From contig JAWQFM010000034.1 in assembly GCA_033442325.1 (NCBI GenBank), forward strand, positions 327,431 through 365,199: a stretch of 37,769 bases of DNA, in the 5' to 3' direction. Each line of letters opens with the position of its first letter. Position 1 is the first letter of the stretch. This DNA comes from Salpingoeca rosetta. Taxonomy: Eukaryota; Protista; Choanoflagellata. The notes below the pieces were generated by a model that was given only the letters and a program-made list of their open reading frames with translations, was not told the DNA's origin and made no database searches. Shown in pieces: positions 11,093-23,001 of this stretch. The translations under genes were made by a program, and so were the position numbers.

Positions 11093-11512
11093 CGTCAGGC
11101 AAGTCCTGTCTGCTGAGTCATCATTGACCTCCCTTTTTTCACGACACCACAAATTTGCACTCACCTCTCTTGTGTTCTGGAATGTTCACGTGATTTCCCT
11201 CCAACCTGTTGCACGTGCAGTGTTTACCTTGTGTGGTTGCTCGATGTTACATGCTCTTGCATAACACACCACATAATCACACAACTCTCAACAAACACTG
11301 CCACGTCACCACTTTGCGTTGTCGACAATTCTTGTCTTCTGCTCTGTTTCTTTCTGTTGGAGTGTTCATTCATCCTACATCCTTGTTTGCTTCACAACTC
11401 AAGTAAACACACACACCTTCCTCTTGCCAAGACAATCTCCCACACAACACACACACACACACACACACACACAAGTCTCCAACAACAGCACCACCACCAT
11501 GAACTTGCAACA
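11093..11512 (+). mobile_element. Second copy of the element B LTR
   Basis: Matches 8262-8360 and 8552-8688 with several substitutions and indels; ends TGCAACA; followed by integrase sequence rather than a PBS. Confidence 0.9.
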
Positions 11513-14360
11513 TCTGCACACGACGTGCTAGGCCATCGCAGCAGCGCGGCCGTCGACGCCTTCCGGCAGCAGATCGCCCAGGCCTCTTCCAAGCACATCG
11601 TCACCTGTGGACCATGTGCGCTTGGCAAGAGCACGCGCGCCTCCATCCCGAAGCAGTCTGCTCCACGCAGCGCTGGGCCATGCCAGCTGCTCTACGCCGA
11701 CATCGCCGGTCCGCTGGAGGAGACGTCGCTGCGAGGTGCACGCTACGCGCTGACCTTCATCGACGACTGCACGCGCTTTGCCTGGACGTTTCTCATCCGG
11801 CACAAGAACGACGTCGGTGCGGCCCTGGAGCAGCTGCGCAAGGACCGTCACGTCGTCAACGCGCTCCGAGGCGCCACGCTGCAGACGGACAGCGACGCCG
11901 TCTTCAAGAGCCAGGACTTCACCGACCTGTGCGTGGCCTTCGACATCAAGCAGCGCTTCTCGCCACCGCACTCGCAGGCCAAGAACGGATCTGCAGAGCG
12001 CACCTTCCGCACCCTCTTCGAGACGGCGCGCACGATGCTGTTTGCTGCGGACCTGGACAAGCCGTTCTGGGGCTTCGCCGTGCAGCATGCCACGCTGCTG
12101 CACAACATCGCTCCACGCAGGAGCCTCAAGGACAAGTCACCCTTCGAGGCCCTGACTGGGCACCCCTTTGACGTCAGCCTGCTGCGCGTCTTCGGCTCGC
12201 CGGCCTACGTGCATGTGGAGAAGAGCAGCACGCGGCACAAGCTCGACCCACGCTCACGCGTCGGCGTNNNNNNNNNNNNNNNNNNNNNNNNNNNNNNNNN
12301 NNNNNNNNNNNNNNNNNNNNNNNNNNNNNNNNNNNNNNNNNNNNNNNNNNNNNNNNNNNNNNNNNNNNNNNNNNNNNNNNNNNNNNNNNNNNNNNNNNNN
12401 NNNNNNNNNNNNNNNNNNNNNNNNNNNNNNNNNNNNNNNNNNNNNNNNNNNNNNNNNNNNNNNNNNNNNNNNNNNNNNNNNNNNNNNNNNNNNNNNNNNN
12501 NNNNNNNNNNNNNNNNNNNNNNNNNNNNNNNNNNNNNNNNNNNNNNNNNNNNNNNNNNNNNNNNNNNNNNNNNNNNNNNNNNNNNNNNNNNNNNNNNNNN
12601 NNNNNNNNNNNNNNNNNNNNNNNNNNNNNNNNNNNNNNNNNNNNNNNNNNNNNNNNNNNNNNNNNNNNNNNNNNNNNNNNNNNNNNNNNNNNNNNNNNNN
12701 NNNNNNNNNNNNNNNNNNNNNNNNNNNNNNNNNNNNNNNNNNNNNNNNNNNNNNNNNNNNNNNNNNNNNNNNNNNNNNNNNNNNNNNNNNNNNNNNNNNN
12801 NNNNNNNNNNNNNNNNNNNNNNNNNNNNNNNNNNNNNNNNNNNNNNNNNNNNNNNNNNNNNNNNNNNNNNNNNNNNNNNNNNNNNNNNNNNNNNNNNNNN
12901 NNNNNNNNNNNNNNNNNNNNNNNNNNNNNNNNNNNNNNNNNNNCCAGGTCCACGGTGTCAACTCACGGGCCACTTTTGCTTCGACGGCTACCATCGCAGC
13001 CATCCGCACCATGCTCGCCATGGCCGTCGCGCGTGGCATGGACATCCAGCAGATGGACGTCAACACGGCGTTCCTCAACGCGCCCGTGGATCACGAGATC
13101 TACGTCCAGCCACCGGCCGTCGACGGCATCTTCTCGCCGAATACGGTCCTGCGCCTCAAGCGCGGGCTGTATGGGCTGAAGCAGAGCCCGCGCCTGTGGA
13201 ACCACACGCTGGACGCCTGGATGCGCGAGCAGGACTTCGTCCCCACAGCCACGGACGCCTGCATCTACCGCCGCACCTGCAATGGTGGCAAGGTGATGTG
13301 GGTTGCCGTCTACGTGGACGACCTGCTCATCTTCGCCGACAGCGACAGCGACATGGCCGCGTTCAAGAAGGCCATCTCTAAGCGCTTCAAGATGAAGGAC
13401 CTGGGCAGCCCAGACATATGTCTCGGCATCAAGGTGCAGCACGACCGCAAGGCCAGGACCGTCACCATGAGCCAGGAGCACTACCTGCGCAACGTGCTGG
13501 AGAGCTTCGGCATGGCTGACTGCAAGCCTGTCGGCACGCCGCTCTGCACGGGCTACGTTGACAAGCCAGCCGACAGGGAGGAGTCACTCCCAGACGTGCC
13601 GTTCCGCGAGCTGCTTGGCTCCCTCCTCTATGCTGCGACGATGACGCGTCCAGACATCTCGGCGGCTGTCTCCATCCTGTCTCGCCGTATGCAGCACTTC
13701 GGCATGGACCACTGGAAGGCTGCCAAGCACCTTCTTCGCTACATCAAGGGCACCTTGTCCTACACCATCAAGTACGCCGCCACTGGCGACACCAGCAACG
13801 GCAGCACTGCCGACGGCGTGCTCTCAGCGTACTCGGATGCGTCGTTCGCCTCCGACGTTGACACGCGACGTTCCCGCACGGGCTTCGTCGTCTTCTGTTC
13901 CACGGGCCCCGTGTCCTGGAACTCCAAGCTGCAGGCCACCGTGGCCACAGCCTCCGCCGACGCGGAGTACATGGCTCTCGCAGCCACCGCACAGGAACTC
14001 ATGTTCCTTCGCCAACTCCAGGAGGAACTCACCGGCGCCGTCCTGTGCGAGCCCACGCTCGTGCACACGGACAACCAGCCGGCGCAGCGCGTTGCCGAAC
14101 ACGCCGCCTCGCGCATGCGGCACATCCTCGTCAAGTACCACTACATCCGCGAGTGCGTCGACACCAAGAGGATTGTGCTGAGCTACCTCGCCACGGAGCA
14201 CATGATCGCAGATCTCCTCACGAAGATCCTCCCTCGGCCCAAGACGGCTCAGTTCTGCACGATGCTGTTCGACCAGCGTCCTCTGCCAGGCTGCCAGCCA
14301 CGGGCCCGTCCTCATTCGGGCCGGTCGCCACGTCCTTCGACTCCGCGTCAGGACCTCTGA
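11513..14360 (+). mobile_element. Copia family B pol: integrase, reverse transcriptase and RNase H (gap 12268-12943); no 3' LTR visible
   Basis: HHCC (HDVLGH...CGPC); DDE (YADIAGP, QTDSD, NGSAER); RT motifs QMDVNTAFLN, LYGLKQSPRLW, YVDD (13311); RNase H motifs YSDASFA, AEYMAL, TDNQPA, ADLLTK. The IN-RT-RH order is copia-type. Confidence 0.96.
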
Positions 14361-15440
14361 GCGGCCGCGCACCACAGGACACGCCTTCACTCGGGCCAGC
14401 CTTCCACAACAGGCTGCGCACCACAGGCACCAACCATTTTCTTAAACGTGTTCCACAACACACGTCCTTACTCACATCTCACCTACATCTGCCCATGCCA
14501 TTCCTACATGCATGACATCATCCACATGCTCATCAGCAAAGCATGTTGCGGACTCCAGGCGCGTGTACACGTAGTATTTGCTCCCAACGACACCCACACA
14601 ACACGAGTTTTCTCCACCAGGAGCCGCTTGACGGTAAATTGTTGAAGTTGACATCCGGGTTCACCCTTTTGGGTATCCCGAAGAGAACGACCTTTTGTTG
14701 TCTGACCTTGCTGATCCTGCATTACCACACGAACGTATGCTGTTCGTTCTTCCGTTGATTAACCGACCTGTTTCTCCTTCACAGCACCGCAACGACCAGT
14801 AAATCGTACTCCCCACAGCTTTTGCCAGATAGCAGTTTCATACATACGACAACGTTTGCGCAGGTCAGATGCTCTGTTTGGGGATGTGAAACGTCAGAGT
14901 GACGCAAATCAAATCAACTACCACCACCGAATGCTTAACGTCGTTACCGTATTGCTGTCGGAGACTTAGCGAGCTCTGGGTGCATTGTGTCCAGTTTCGT
15001 GCATGATATATCGTGGGTTGGGCGGATGCATTGAGCTGGATGCATGAGAGCACGAAGAAGAAATCTCGCAAGCCACGTGAAGCCCCTCGTAGCAAGAACA
15101 TCACACTGCTCACGCGATGGCATGCTGCATTATTGGCTGCCACAACCATGTCGCACGAGCTGTTTCCAGGACAATGGCTTACGGACATGACTGCAGTGTG
15201 TGCGTGTGCGTGCGTCTGTACTTCTCACTCTCTTTCGCCCCTTTCCTCCTGCCCCTTTCCTCTGCGCACACGCTTTGCTGCATTCGTGTGTCATGTACGA
15301 TAGTTAGCACCTTCACGTGAACGCAAACACTTCAGTCAACACTGTGTCAATTAAACAAGGTCATGCACAGGGACAATGGCAAGATACCGTCTACAGGAAT
15401 ACGATTACACATCAGACACAAACGATTCCCGATCCCTCCC

Positions 15441-15442
15441 CA

Positions 15443-15516
<74 letters not shown>

Positions 15517-15546
15517 CACACACACGCACACACACACACACACACA
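15441..15546. repeat. (CA)n microsatellite
   Basis: Abuts the stop codon of the minus-strand LRR gene. Confidence 0.95.
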
Positions 15547-15548
15547 AG

Positions 15549-17083
15549 TTACTCCGAGCGATCGGCGGTACGCCTTGTCTGCAGCGTGGCTGCCATTTCC
15601 GTGGGTGATTGGTGCACCATCACGACGTTAGGCCATTGCCAGTTGCCAGCATTGCCGGTGCTCCTGCAGCCGCGAAGCACGAGCGAGGTGACGTGTGGAA
15701 GGCTGCTCACATCATCAAATTCGCAGTTGTTGAGGATGAGGCGCTGGATGCTGTCGAAGCAGGAGAAGCTGCCAATGTGACAGCCCTCGAGCCGGCACGT
15801 GGACACGTCGGTGATAGAGCGCAGCAGCAGTGGGTGGTCTGGGCTGTGTGGCCGGGAGGTGGTTCGGGCGGCGTTCACAACCGTCAGACATGCTGTGGAG
15901 GAGATGGTGACGGCACCGGAGCAGTCAGCCAGCACAAGCTGCTCGCACTCGGCAATGATGCCGTCCAACNNNNNNNNNNNNNNNNNNNNNNNNNNNNNNN
16001 NNNNNNNNNNNNNNNNNNNNNNNNNNNNNNNNNNNNNNNNNNNNNNNNNNNNNNNNNNNNNNNNNNNNNNNNNNNNNNNNNNNNNNNNNNNNNNNNNNNN
16101 NNNNNNNNNNNNNNNNNNNNNNNNNNNNNNNNNNNNNNNNNNNNNNNNNNNNNNNNNNNNNNNNNNNNNNNNNNNNNNNNNNNNNNNNNNNNNNNNNNNN
16201 NNNNNNNNNNNNNNNNNNNNNNNNNNNNNNNNNNNNNNNNNNNNNNNNNNNNNNNNNNNNNNNNNNNNNNNNNNNNNNNNNNNNNNNNNNNNNNNNNNNN
16301 NNNNNNNNNNNNNNNNNNNNNNNNNNNNNNNNNNNNNNNNNNNNNNNNNNNNNNNNNNNNNNNNNNNNNNNNNNNNNNNNNNNNNNNNNNNNNNNNNNNN
16401 NNNNNNNNNNNNNNNNNNNNNNNNNNNNNNNNNNNNNNNNNNNNNNNNNNNNNNNNNNNNNNNNNNNNNNNNNNNNNNNNNNNNNNNNNNNNNNNNNNNN
16501 NNNNNNNNNNNNNNNNNNNNNNNNNNNNNNNNNNNNNNNNNNNNNNNNNNNNNNNNNNNNNNNNNNNNNNNNNNNNNNNNNNNNNNNNNNNNNNNNNNNN
16601 NGAGCAGCAGCTTGCGCACACGTGAGTGGGGAGAGGTCCATCTGGTTTCGGCACCTCGACAGGTCGACGTGGGGAATGCCTGCCAGCGCACTGGCATCGC
16701 ACAAATGGACTTCTCTGATCCTCGCCGACCTGTGGAATCCTAGCCCAGGGAAAACCAAGTCCGATGGGAGGCCAGCTCTGGAGAGCAACACAGTGTACCT
16801 GCTCGAATGTGCCATGAATTGCTTCCATGGTGTTGTGCAGCGCAAACTCCAAGCGCCTCACGTTGCTGAAGGCGACTGTGTCGATGGGTGCATTGGCGGC
16901 ATCGATGCGGAGCGTGTCAATATCGGAGGCCGCGAGGAAAGCAAGCTGTTCGTCGACGCGCAGAGTCACGGTGCCTCCTCGTGTGCCGGCCAGTGCGGTG
17001 AGGCGAAGCTCGTGCCATATGTCGGCTGCTTCTTGGTTTTGAAGTTGTGCGTCGAGAAAGAACAGGGCTGGGCAAAGCACAGT

Positions 17084-17116
<33 letters not shown>

Positions 17117-17897
17117 GTGGTCCTTTCGGTCGTCCTGGTCTTGCTGCTGGAGGTCTTCCTGCTGCTGGTCTTGTTGCACAGACTGCTGTTCCTGCTGTTG
17201 CTGGTGTTGCTGGTCTTCTCGCACCACTTGAGGGGTGGTGCTGCTCGCGGAAACGGAATCGCCCATGGCTGTGGCCTCTGCCAACACAGCTGTCGAGGAG
17301 GTGTCTGCACGCTGCCCCCCACGATCTGGCGCGTTGGCCCATAGGCTGACAGCATCCAGGTCACGAAAGCGCACACGGCCACAAGTGGCAAAGACATCCG
17401 AGAACCCGTGCCCAAGAAGCGGAGGTGTGGTGGCCAACCTGATGAGGAAACGGCAATCGCTGTGCCAGGTTGCGCCGAGCCAGCTGTAAGCCAGGAAGCG
17501 GCGCTCCAGCCACACAGCCAAGGATGGCGCGGCAGCAGGGTCGGAGGTGACATCGTGTGCTGTGGTCGCGTGTGCATCGGCAGGCTGCAAGCCGCGCGAC
17601 GCGGGCTGTCCAAGGCCAAGCAACCTGGTGCTGTCTTCGTCGAAGAATGTGATGGGCTCCGAAAACTGTCGACAAGGCACCACTTCCACTTGCTCATGGC
17701 TTGGGGCAAGTCAGCTCCCGGCAGGAGAACATGATGTTGAAGAAGGTGCGTACGCTGTCTCGCTCAGCCTGTTGCCAGTAGGCGAACCGCCTCCTGCGTG
17801 GCTGATCCGCATGGCCGTGCTCTTGGAGTGTCGGCGGTGGTGTCGACACCAAATGCTCCGCAATCAATGCAATGTGGTGTGCGGACAGCCTGGTCAT
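15549..17897 (-). pseudogene. Paralog of the 5276-7000 F-box-like/LRR gene, with apparent frameshifts (about 17700 and 16750) and an N gap; either a pseudogene or sequencing errors
   Basis: Shared blocks WLERRFLAYSWLGATWHSDCRF vs WLETRFLVHSWLGATWHSTCRF; RDSVRTFFNIMFSC vs NESIRALFQLMHAC; C-terminal GCRST...[12 protein letters not shown] vs GCTTS...WPRVTLVGRSAT. The pieces lie in different frames. Confidence 0.72.
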
Positions 17898-18211
17898 GGC
17901 GGCGACGCCAGCCACGTGGCGAAATGAGGTGTGAGGTGTGTGTGTGTGTGTGTGGGCGAGAAGGGGAGGTCAGAAGGAACGGGTGAAGAACAAGGAAGAA
18001 AGGGAGGGAAAGAGGAGAGGGGAGGGGAGTGGGAAGAGACAGAGAGCAGAGAGAGCAGGGAAGGGGGGAGCGCAGCCACGTGGTTCTGTGGGTTCAGCGT
18101 TGAGTGGCAGTGCCGCAGTTGCAGTGTCGATTGTTGTCCGTGTGTCGACAACGCACAGAAAAATCGCACACACACGCACAAGAAAACACAAACAACAAGG
18201 AGCGAAGAAGA

Positions 18212-18468
18212 ATGAGACGACGACTTGCAGTGCGTGTCTGCTTGTGGGTGGTGGTGCTCTTGTTTCTCGCAAGCACGCTGCTGACGACACTCACACCTCG
18301 CACTGTTGGGGTGGTGGTGAATGCTGCTGAGGACGGCGGCGAGGATGGCGGCGACCCATTTGTCAGCGTGGACAGCAACGGAGACCTGCGTGTGGACGCC
18401 GGCACTTCCGGCAACCTGGTGCTTGTCAGCCATCATGACATTGTGCTGAACACCACCACCAACAACAA

Positions 18469-18508
<40 letters not shown>

Positions 18509-19546
18509 GGAGGAGGAGGAGGAGTGTGGATCAACGGCATCAACGTGCTGCAGGACCTGGAGCACCTCCGCCAACTCGCTGCCACATGCAACGCAACAGC
18601 ACCATCATCACCGCCGGCACCGCCATCACCGCCGCCAACGCCCATGGTCCTGGACTGTGCGTCGTCGGGATCGCGCGCTGCGGTGCGCGCCCAGAGCCAG
18701 CCCATCATCACCCAGGTCATCAACTGCTGCTGCGAGGAGTTCCTCGCTCTCGACGACGTTGACGGGCCCGTGAGCGTCTCCAGCACTCAGACGTCGCTGT
18801 CCTTCGGCACCATCCAGAGGATCGGCGGGGATGTGCTGGCCACCAGCGGCAGCCTGACCATGGTGGACTTCAGCAAGGTGACGTTTGTGGCGGGTGCCGT
18901 GGACCTTCGCGGCAACTCCATCTCCTCCATCTCCTTTGGCGGTCTCTTGCGCATCGGCGGCTACCTGGATGCCAGCGTGAACAATCTGGAGATGCTGGAC
19001 TTTGGTCGCATCACGCGTGTCGGCCGCCACATCACCCTGCGCGATAACGACCTCACAGCCGTCAACTTTGCCGGGCTGATGCACATCGGCGACATGCTCA
19101 GCATGGAGCAGAACATGCTGCAGTCCGTGCACTTCCGCCGCCTCTCCAGCATTCCAGGAGCATTGGACCTGTCGCAGAATCCCCCGCTCACAGCTGTGGA
19201 CTTTGGCGGCATCACCGCCATCAGCGACAACCTGCTCCTCTACAGCACGGGCTTGCAGTCGCTCAACATGGCGAACGTGACGGTGATTGGGGGCTTGGCC
19301 CTCATCTTCAGCAACGCCATCACCGCAGTTGACTTTGCCTCCTTGACGCGTGTTGGCAACTCACTCCAACTGTACAACAACAACATCATGGGCACGCTCG
19401 ATTTTCACAATCTGCGGGCGGTGGGCGCACGCGTGCACCTCTCGGGCAACTCGGGCCTCACCGCCGTCCAGTGCCGCAATGTCCAGGCAGAATGCATTGA
19501 TGTGCCCAGCTTCCAGAACCTCCTCGCCTGTCCAACCAGGTGCTGA
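18212..19546 (+). CDS. Secreted protein: signal peptide, beta-rich module and helix, Pro-rich linker, about ten 22-aa receptor L-domain-like (Ecm33/EGFR-L type) repeats
   Basis: ATG at 18212 is in frame with ORF 18104-19546. Hydrophobic leader; repeats such as MLDFGRITRVGRHITLRDNDLT and AVDFASLTRVGNSLQLYNNNIM; Cys caps (NCCC, QC...EC...ACPTRC); no TM tail; single ORF. Confidence 0.87.
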
Positions 19547-19556
19547 CTGTGTTGTG

Positions 19557-19559
<3 letters not shown>

Positions 19560-19619
<60 letters not shown>
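19560..19619. repeat. (TG)n microsatellite
   Basis: Direct inspection. Confidence 0.95.
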
Positions 19620-19620
<1 letters not shown>

Positions 19621-20610
19621 ACGTGTGTGTGCTTGAAATCCCACACCACACGCCACGTACACATCATGCATGCGTTACTTCATGTGGCTGTGTGTGCTTT
19701 CCCCCTGCAACATCATGGTCAGCTTGACCACTTGCCTGGCCCGTGTTCACTTCGCGCAACATTACGTCATGCTCGCATCGCTTTGCCCCCCCCCTCCCCT
19801 GCCCTACTCTCCTGCTTGCGCGATCACGGCCACTTCCGTCTTGTGAACCGGTGTTGATTGGTTAGTCATGTCACGCACGTCACTGATGCTTCAATATGCT
19901 GTGCACGTGTTCTTTGCCTGCGCTGTTTCACCTTGCTTCATAGCTGGCCTGCAAACGGCTGCCACTTGTCCATGCTGCCACATGACTTTCATGAATGAAT
20001 CATGTCAGCACGCGCTTGTCTGCTTATGTGTGTGTATGTGCGTGTGTATGTGCGTGTGTGTGCGTGTGTTGTCATCTACAAATCAACAACCATGTCTCGA
20101 CGGGCACTGAGAACCAACCACACCAACAAATATAACCTGGATGCTGTGGCAATGTATGAACTCATGTATGTGTCTATGTATGAAGCAAGAACGCACTGCC
20201 AAGCGGCAGATCAAATCAAAATAAAGCCGGCAAACATGTGGACATACCGCCGTGTCGACGCTTGAACAAGCACAGACAGTGACGCCACGAAACACAGTGG
20301 CCACATCAACAACAACGGAAGAACACACTTCTCTGGATACAGAGCACAACGGAACTGCACACCGCACACCAATGCGTGCAGGCAACGCTTCTTGATACGG
20401 CTACGGGCATTACCAAAACACCAAACCAACAAGAGTAATCCACATACGCACATCCTCTCTCCCTGCTGTGTCTCTCTCACTCACACACACACACACACAA
20501 CCACACGCACACACACACAACACCCCCCTCCCCCCCCCACACACACAGCACACAACCACATCACACACACACACACAACCACACACATCACACACACACA
20601 CACACACACA

Positions 20611-22487
20611 TTACACTTCAACGCTTTCTGATTCTTGGATGGAGATGGTGACGCTGTTTCCATCACCTCGCGTTCCCGTCCCCTCGTCCACCTCATCGTC
20701 ATCGCTGCCCTCCATGATGGCGCTGTATCTGCGGTTGTTGGGCGAGGCCTCTGCATCCACCGCCGCCAGCGCGTAGTACGACGAGCGCTTCTTCTTCGGC
20801 CGCGACGCGTCACCATCATGGTCATTGTGGTCATCACCAGGGGGTGCGGGCATTGCCGACAATGGCGACGACGACGACGGTGGTGGTGGTGCTGGGTTGC
20901 GTGGGGTGGTGGAGATGCGACGGCTGCCAAAGCTGTCACGTGACAGGGCCTCAAACTCCTTTGCATCATTGAGCCACGACACGGAGCTCAGGGACACGCG
21001 CGCCGATGCTCGGCTCTCGTGCGTTCCTGCCGACTGCCGCCCAATGGACGACGCACGCTTCTTCTTGAACACAAACCCGCCCCCAATGCTGTCCTTCGGC
21101 TGCGCGCTGTTCCTGTGGCCGTCGGCGTCATCACCGCTGTGCTCTTGATCGTGACAATCGCCATCATCGATGTCGCAGCTGCTTGCATCGTCACCCTCGC
21201 CCATGTCAATGACGGTGGCCTCGTTCTCCGCAATGGCAACACGCCCCGTCTGATCAGGCTTCTTCGTGCTCACCAGCCAGTATGTCAGCATCTCGCCCTT
21301 GCCCTTGATGTTCTGCACCCCGCGCGACTCAAGCTTCACCCATGGCGCCTGGCTCCGCACGCGGTCCCCCGCAGACGTCGACACGTGGATCTTGTTGCGC
21401 TCGCTCGAGCTCTCCATGCGCGACGCCGTGTTCACCGTGTCCCCAAACAGGCAGTACCGCGGGTTGCGCCGCCCAACAACGTTGGCCACGACAGGGCCGC
21501 AGTGGAACCCAACGCGGATGTTCACACACCCGAGCTCCGGCCGCTCAGGGTCAATGAACGTCGACTGCGCCGCCTTGATGGCGTCCTCCGCAAACTGCGC
21601 AATGCGGAGCGCGTGGTCGTGCTGCGGCTCAACAAGGTTTGTTGCCGCCATGTACGCGTCGCCAATGGTCTCCACCTTGAACACGCCGTGCTTCTCCGTC
21701 AGCTCGTCAAAGATGCAGTACAGCCGGTCGAGCATGTCCGACACCGCCGCCGGCGTCAGCTGCGCACTGATGTTGGTGAAGCCCACAATGTCGGAGAAGA
21801 AGATGGTCACGTCGTCCTTGTGCTCCGGGTGCACCTTCTTGCCCTCCTCCAGCATCTTGGCAATGTGCTCTGGGAACACGTCGTTGAGCACCGTGGCCTT
21901 GTTGAGTGCGTCCTGCTTCTGCTGAATGAGGCTTGCGCCCACCTTGCTGATGTTCAGCTCGCCCAGCTGCGCGTCCACCTGGTCGAACGTTGGCCGGAAC
22001 TTGGGCTCCTCGGACCAGCACCGCCGCGCAAGCTCAGCCAGCATGACGGGGCACGAGTCTGGGATGTCGGGTCGCTTTGCCGGCACCTGGCGCGCGGCGA
22101 TCTGGCGGAGCACCTCCGACGCGTCCTCATCTGGGAACGGGTCCTGCCGGCTGTAGATCTCGTACACCGTGATGGCGAAGCTGTACACGTCCGCCTCCCG
22201 TGTCACCTCTCCTCCGCGCAGCACCTCTGCATGGTTGTGATGATTGGTTGGTGAGGGGTGGTTGTGTTGGCGATGATTGTGAGTGGCAATTGTGAGTGGT
22301 TGTGGTTGGAAGGTATGGTGTTTGTGTTGACGTAGGAGGGAAAGAACGCAACTCTGCAGTACACACACACGCCTGAATACACATGCACGTGCTTGCATGC
22401 ATGCACATTCACAGTAGCACATCATCACGTGCACACCAGCACACACACACACACAAACACACACACGCACACATCACACAGGCACAG

Positions 22488-22547
<60 letters not shown>

Positions 22548-22943
22548 GGCGCCATCCACATTGGTGTGCCACAGCCAAAGCGTTGCTTTTGCGACAGCCC
22601 GAAATCAGCAACCTTGGCCTTGAAGTTGCCATCCACAAGCACATTCTTCGTCTTCAGGTCGCCGTGCACAACCGGTGGCTTGAGGTTGTGGATGTAGCGC
22701 ATGCCAGACACAATGTCCTTGACAATGGGCAGCAGGAACATGTCTGGTGTCGGCAGCTTGTCGTTGCGCAGGAAGTCATACAGCGACCTGTCGTTGGTTG
22801 GAGCAGCGTTCGGTCAGCGATGGGTTGTGGCAACCAATTGTGAGCGATGAGAAGGGCTCTGCCAGTTTGCTTGCAAGCATCCCCAAGCAGCACGCGACAC
22901 ACACGCACACACGCACACAGACAGATAGACAGGTAGAAAGATA

Positions 22944-23001
<58 letters not shown>

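Noticed and set aside
11231-11512. ORF running from the LTR into integrase (apparent LTR-integrase fusion protein)
   Set aside because: It starts at GTG in LTR sequence; the LTR's own ATG (11499) is out of frame with integrase and stops at 11531
8256-11512. A complete short LTR element bounded by the two B LTRs
   Set aside because: The flanks do not form a TSD (GTGGC vs TCTGC), the LTRs differ at several positions, and a gap hides the interior
14640-14760. TGTTG start suggesting another LTR after element B
   Set aside because: No preceding polypurine tract, no similarity to the B LTR and no matching CAACA terminus found
21019-22254. 411-aa plus-strand ORF and similar long antisense ORFs (for example 5123-6019 and 6035-6898)
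   Set aside because: Shadows of GC3-rich genes on the opposite strand
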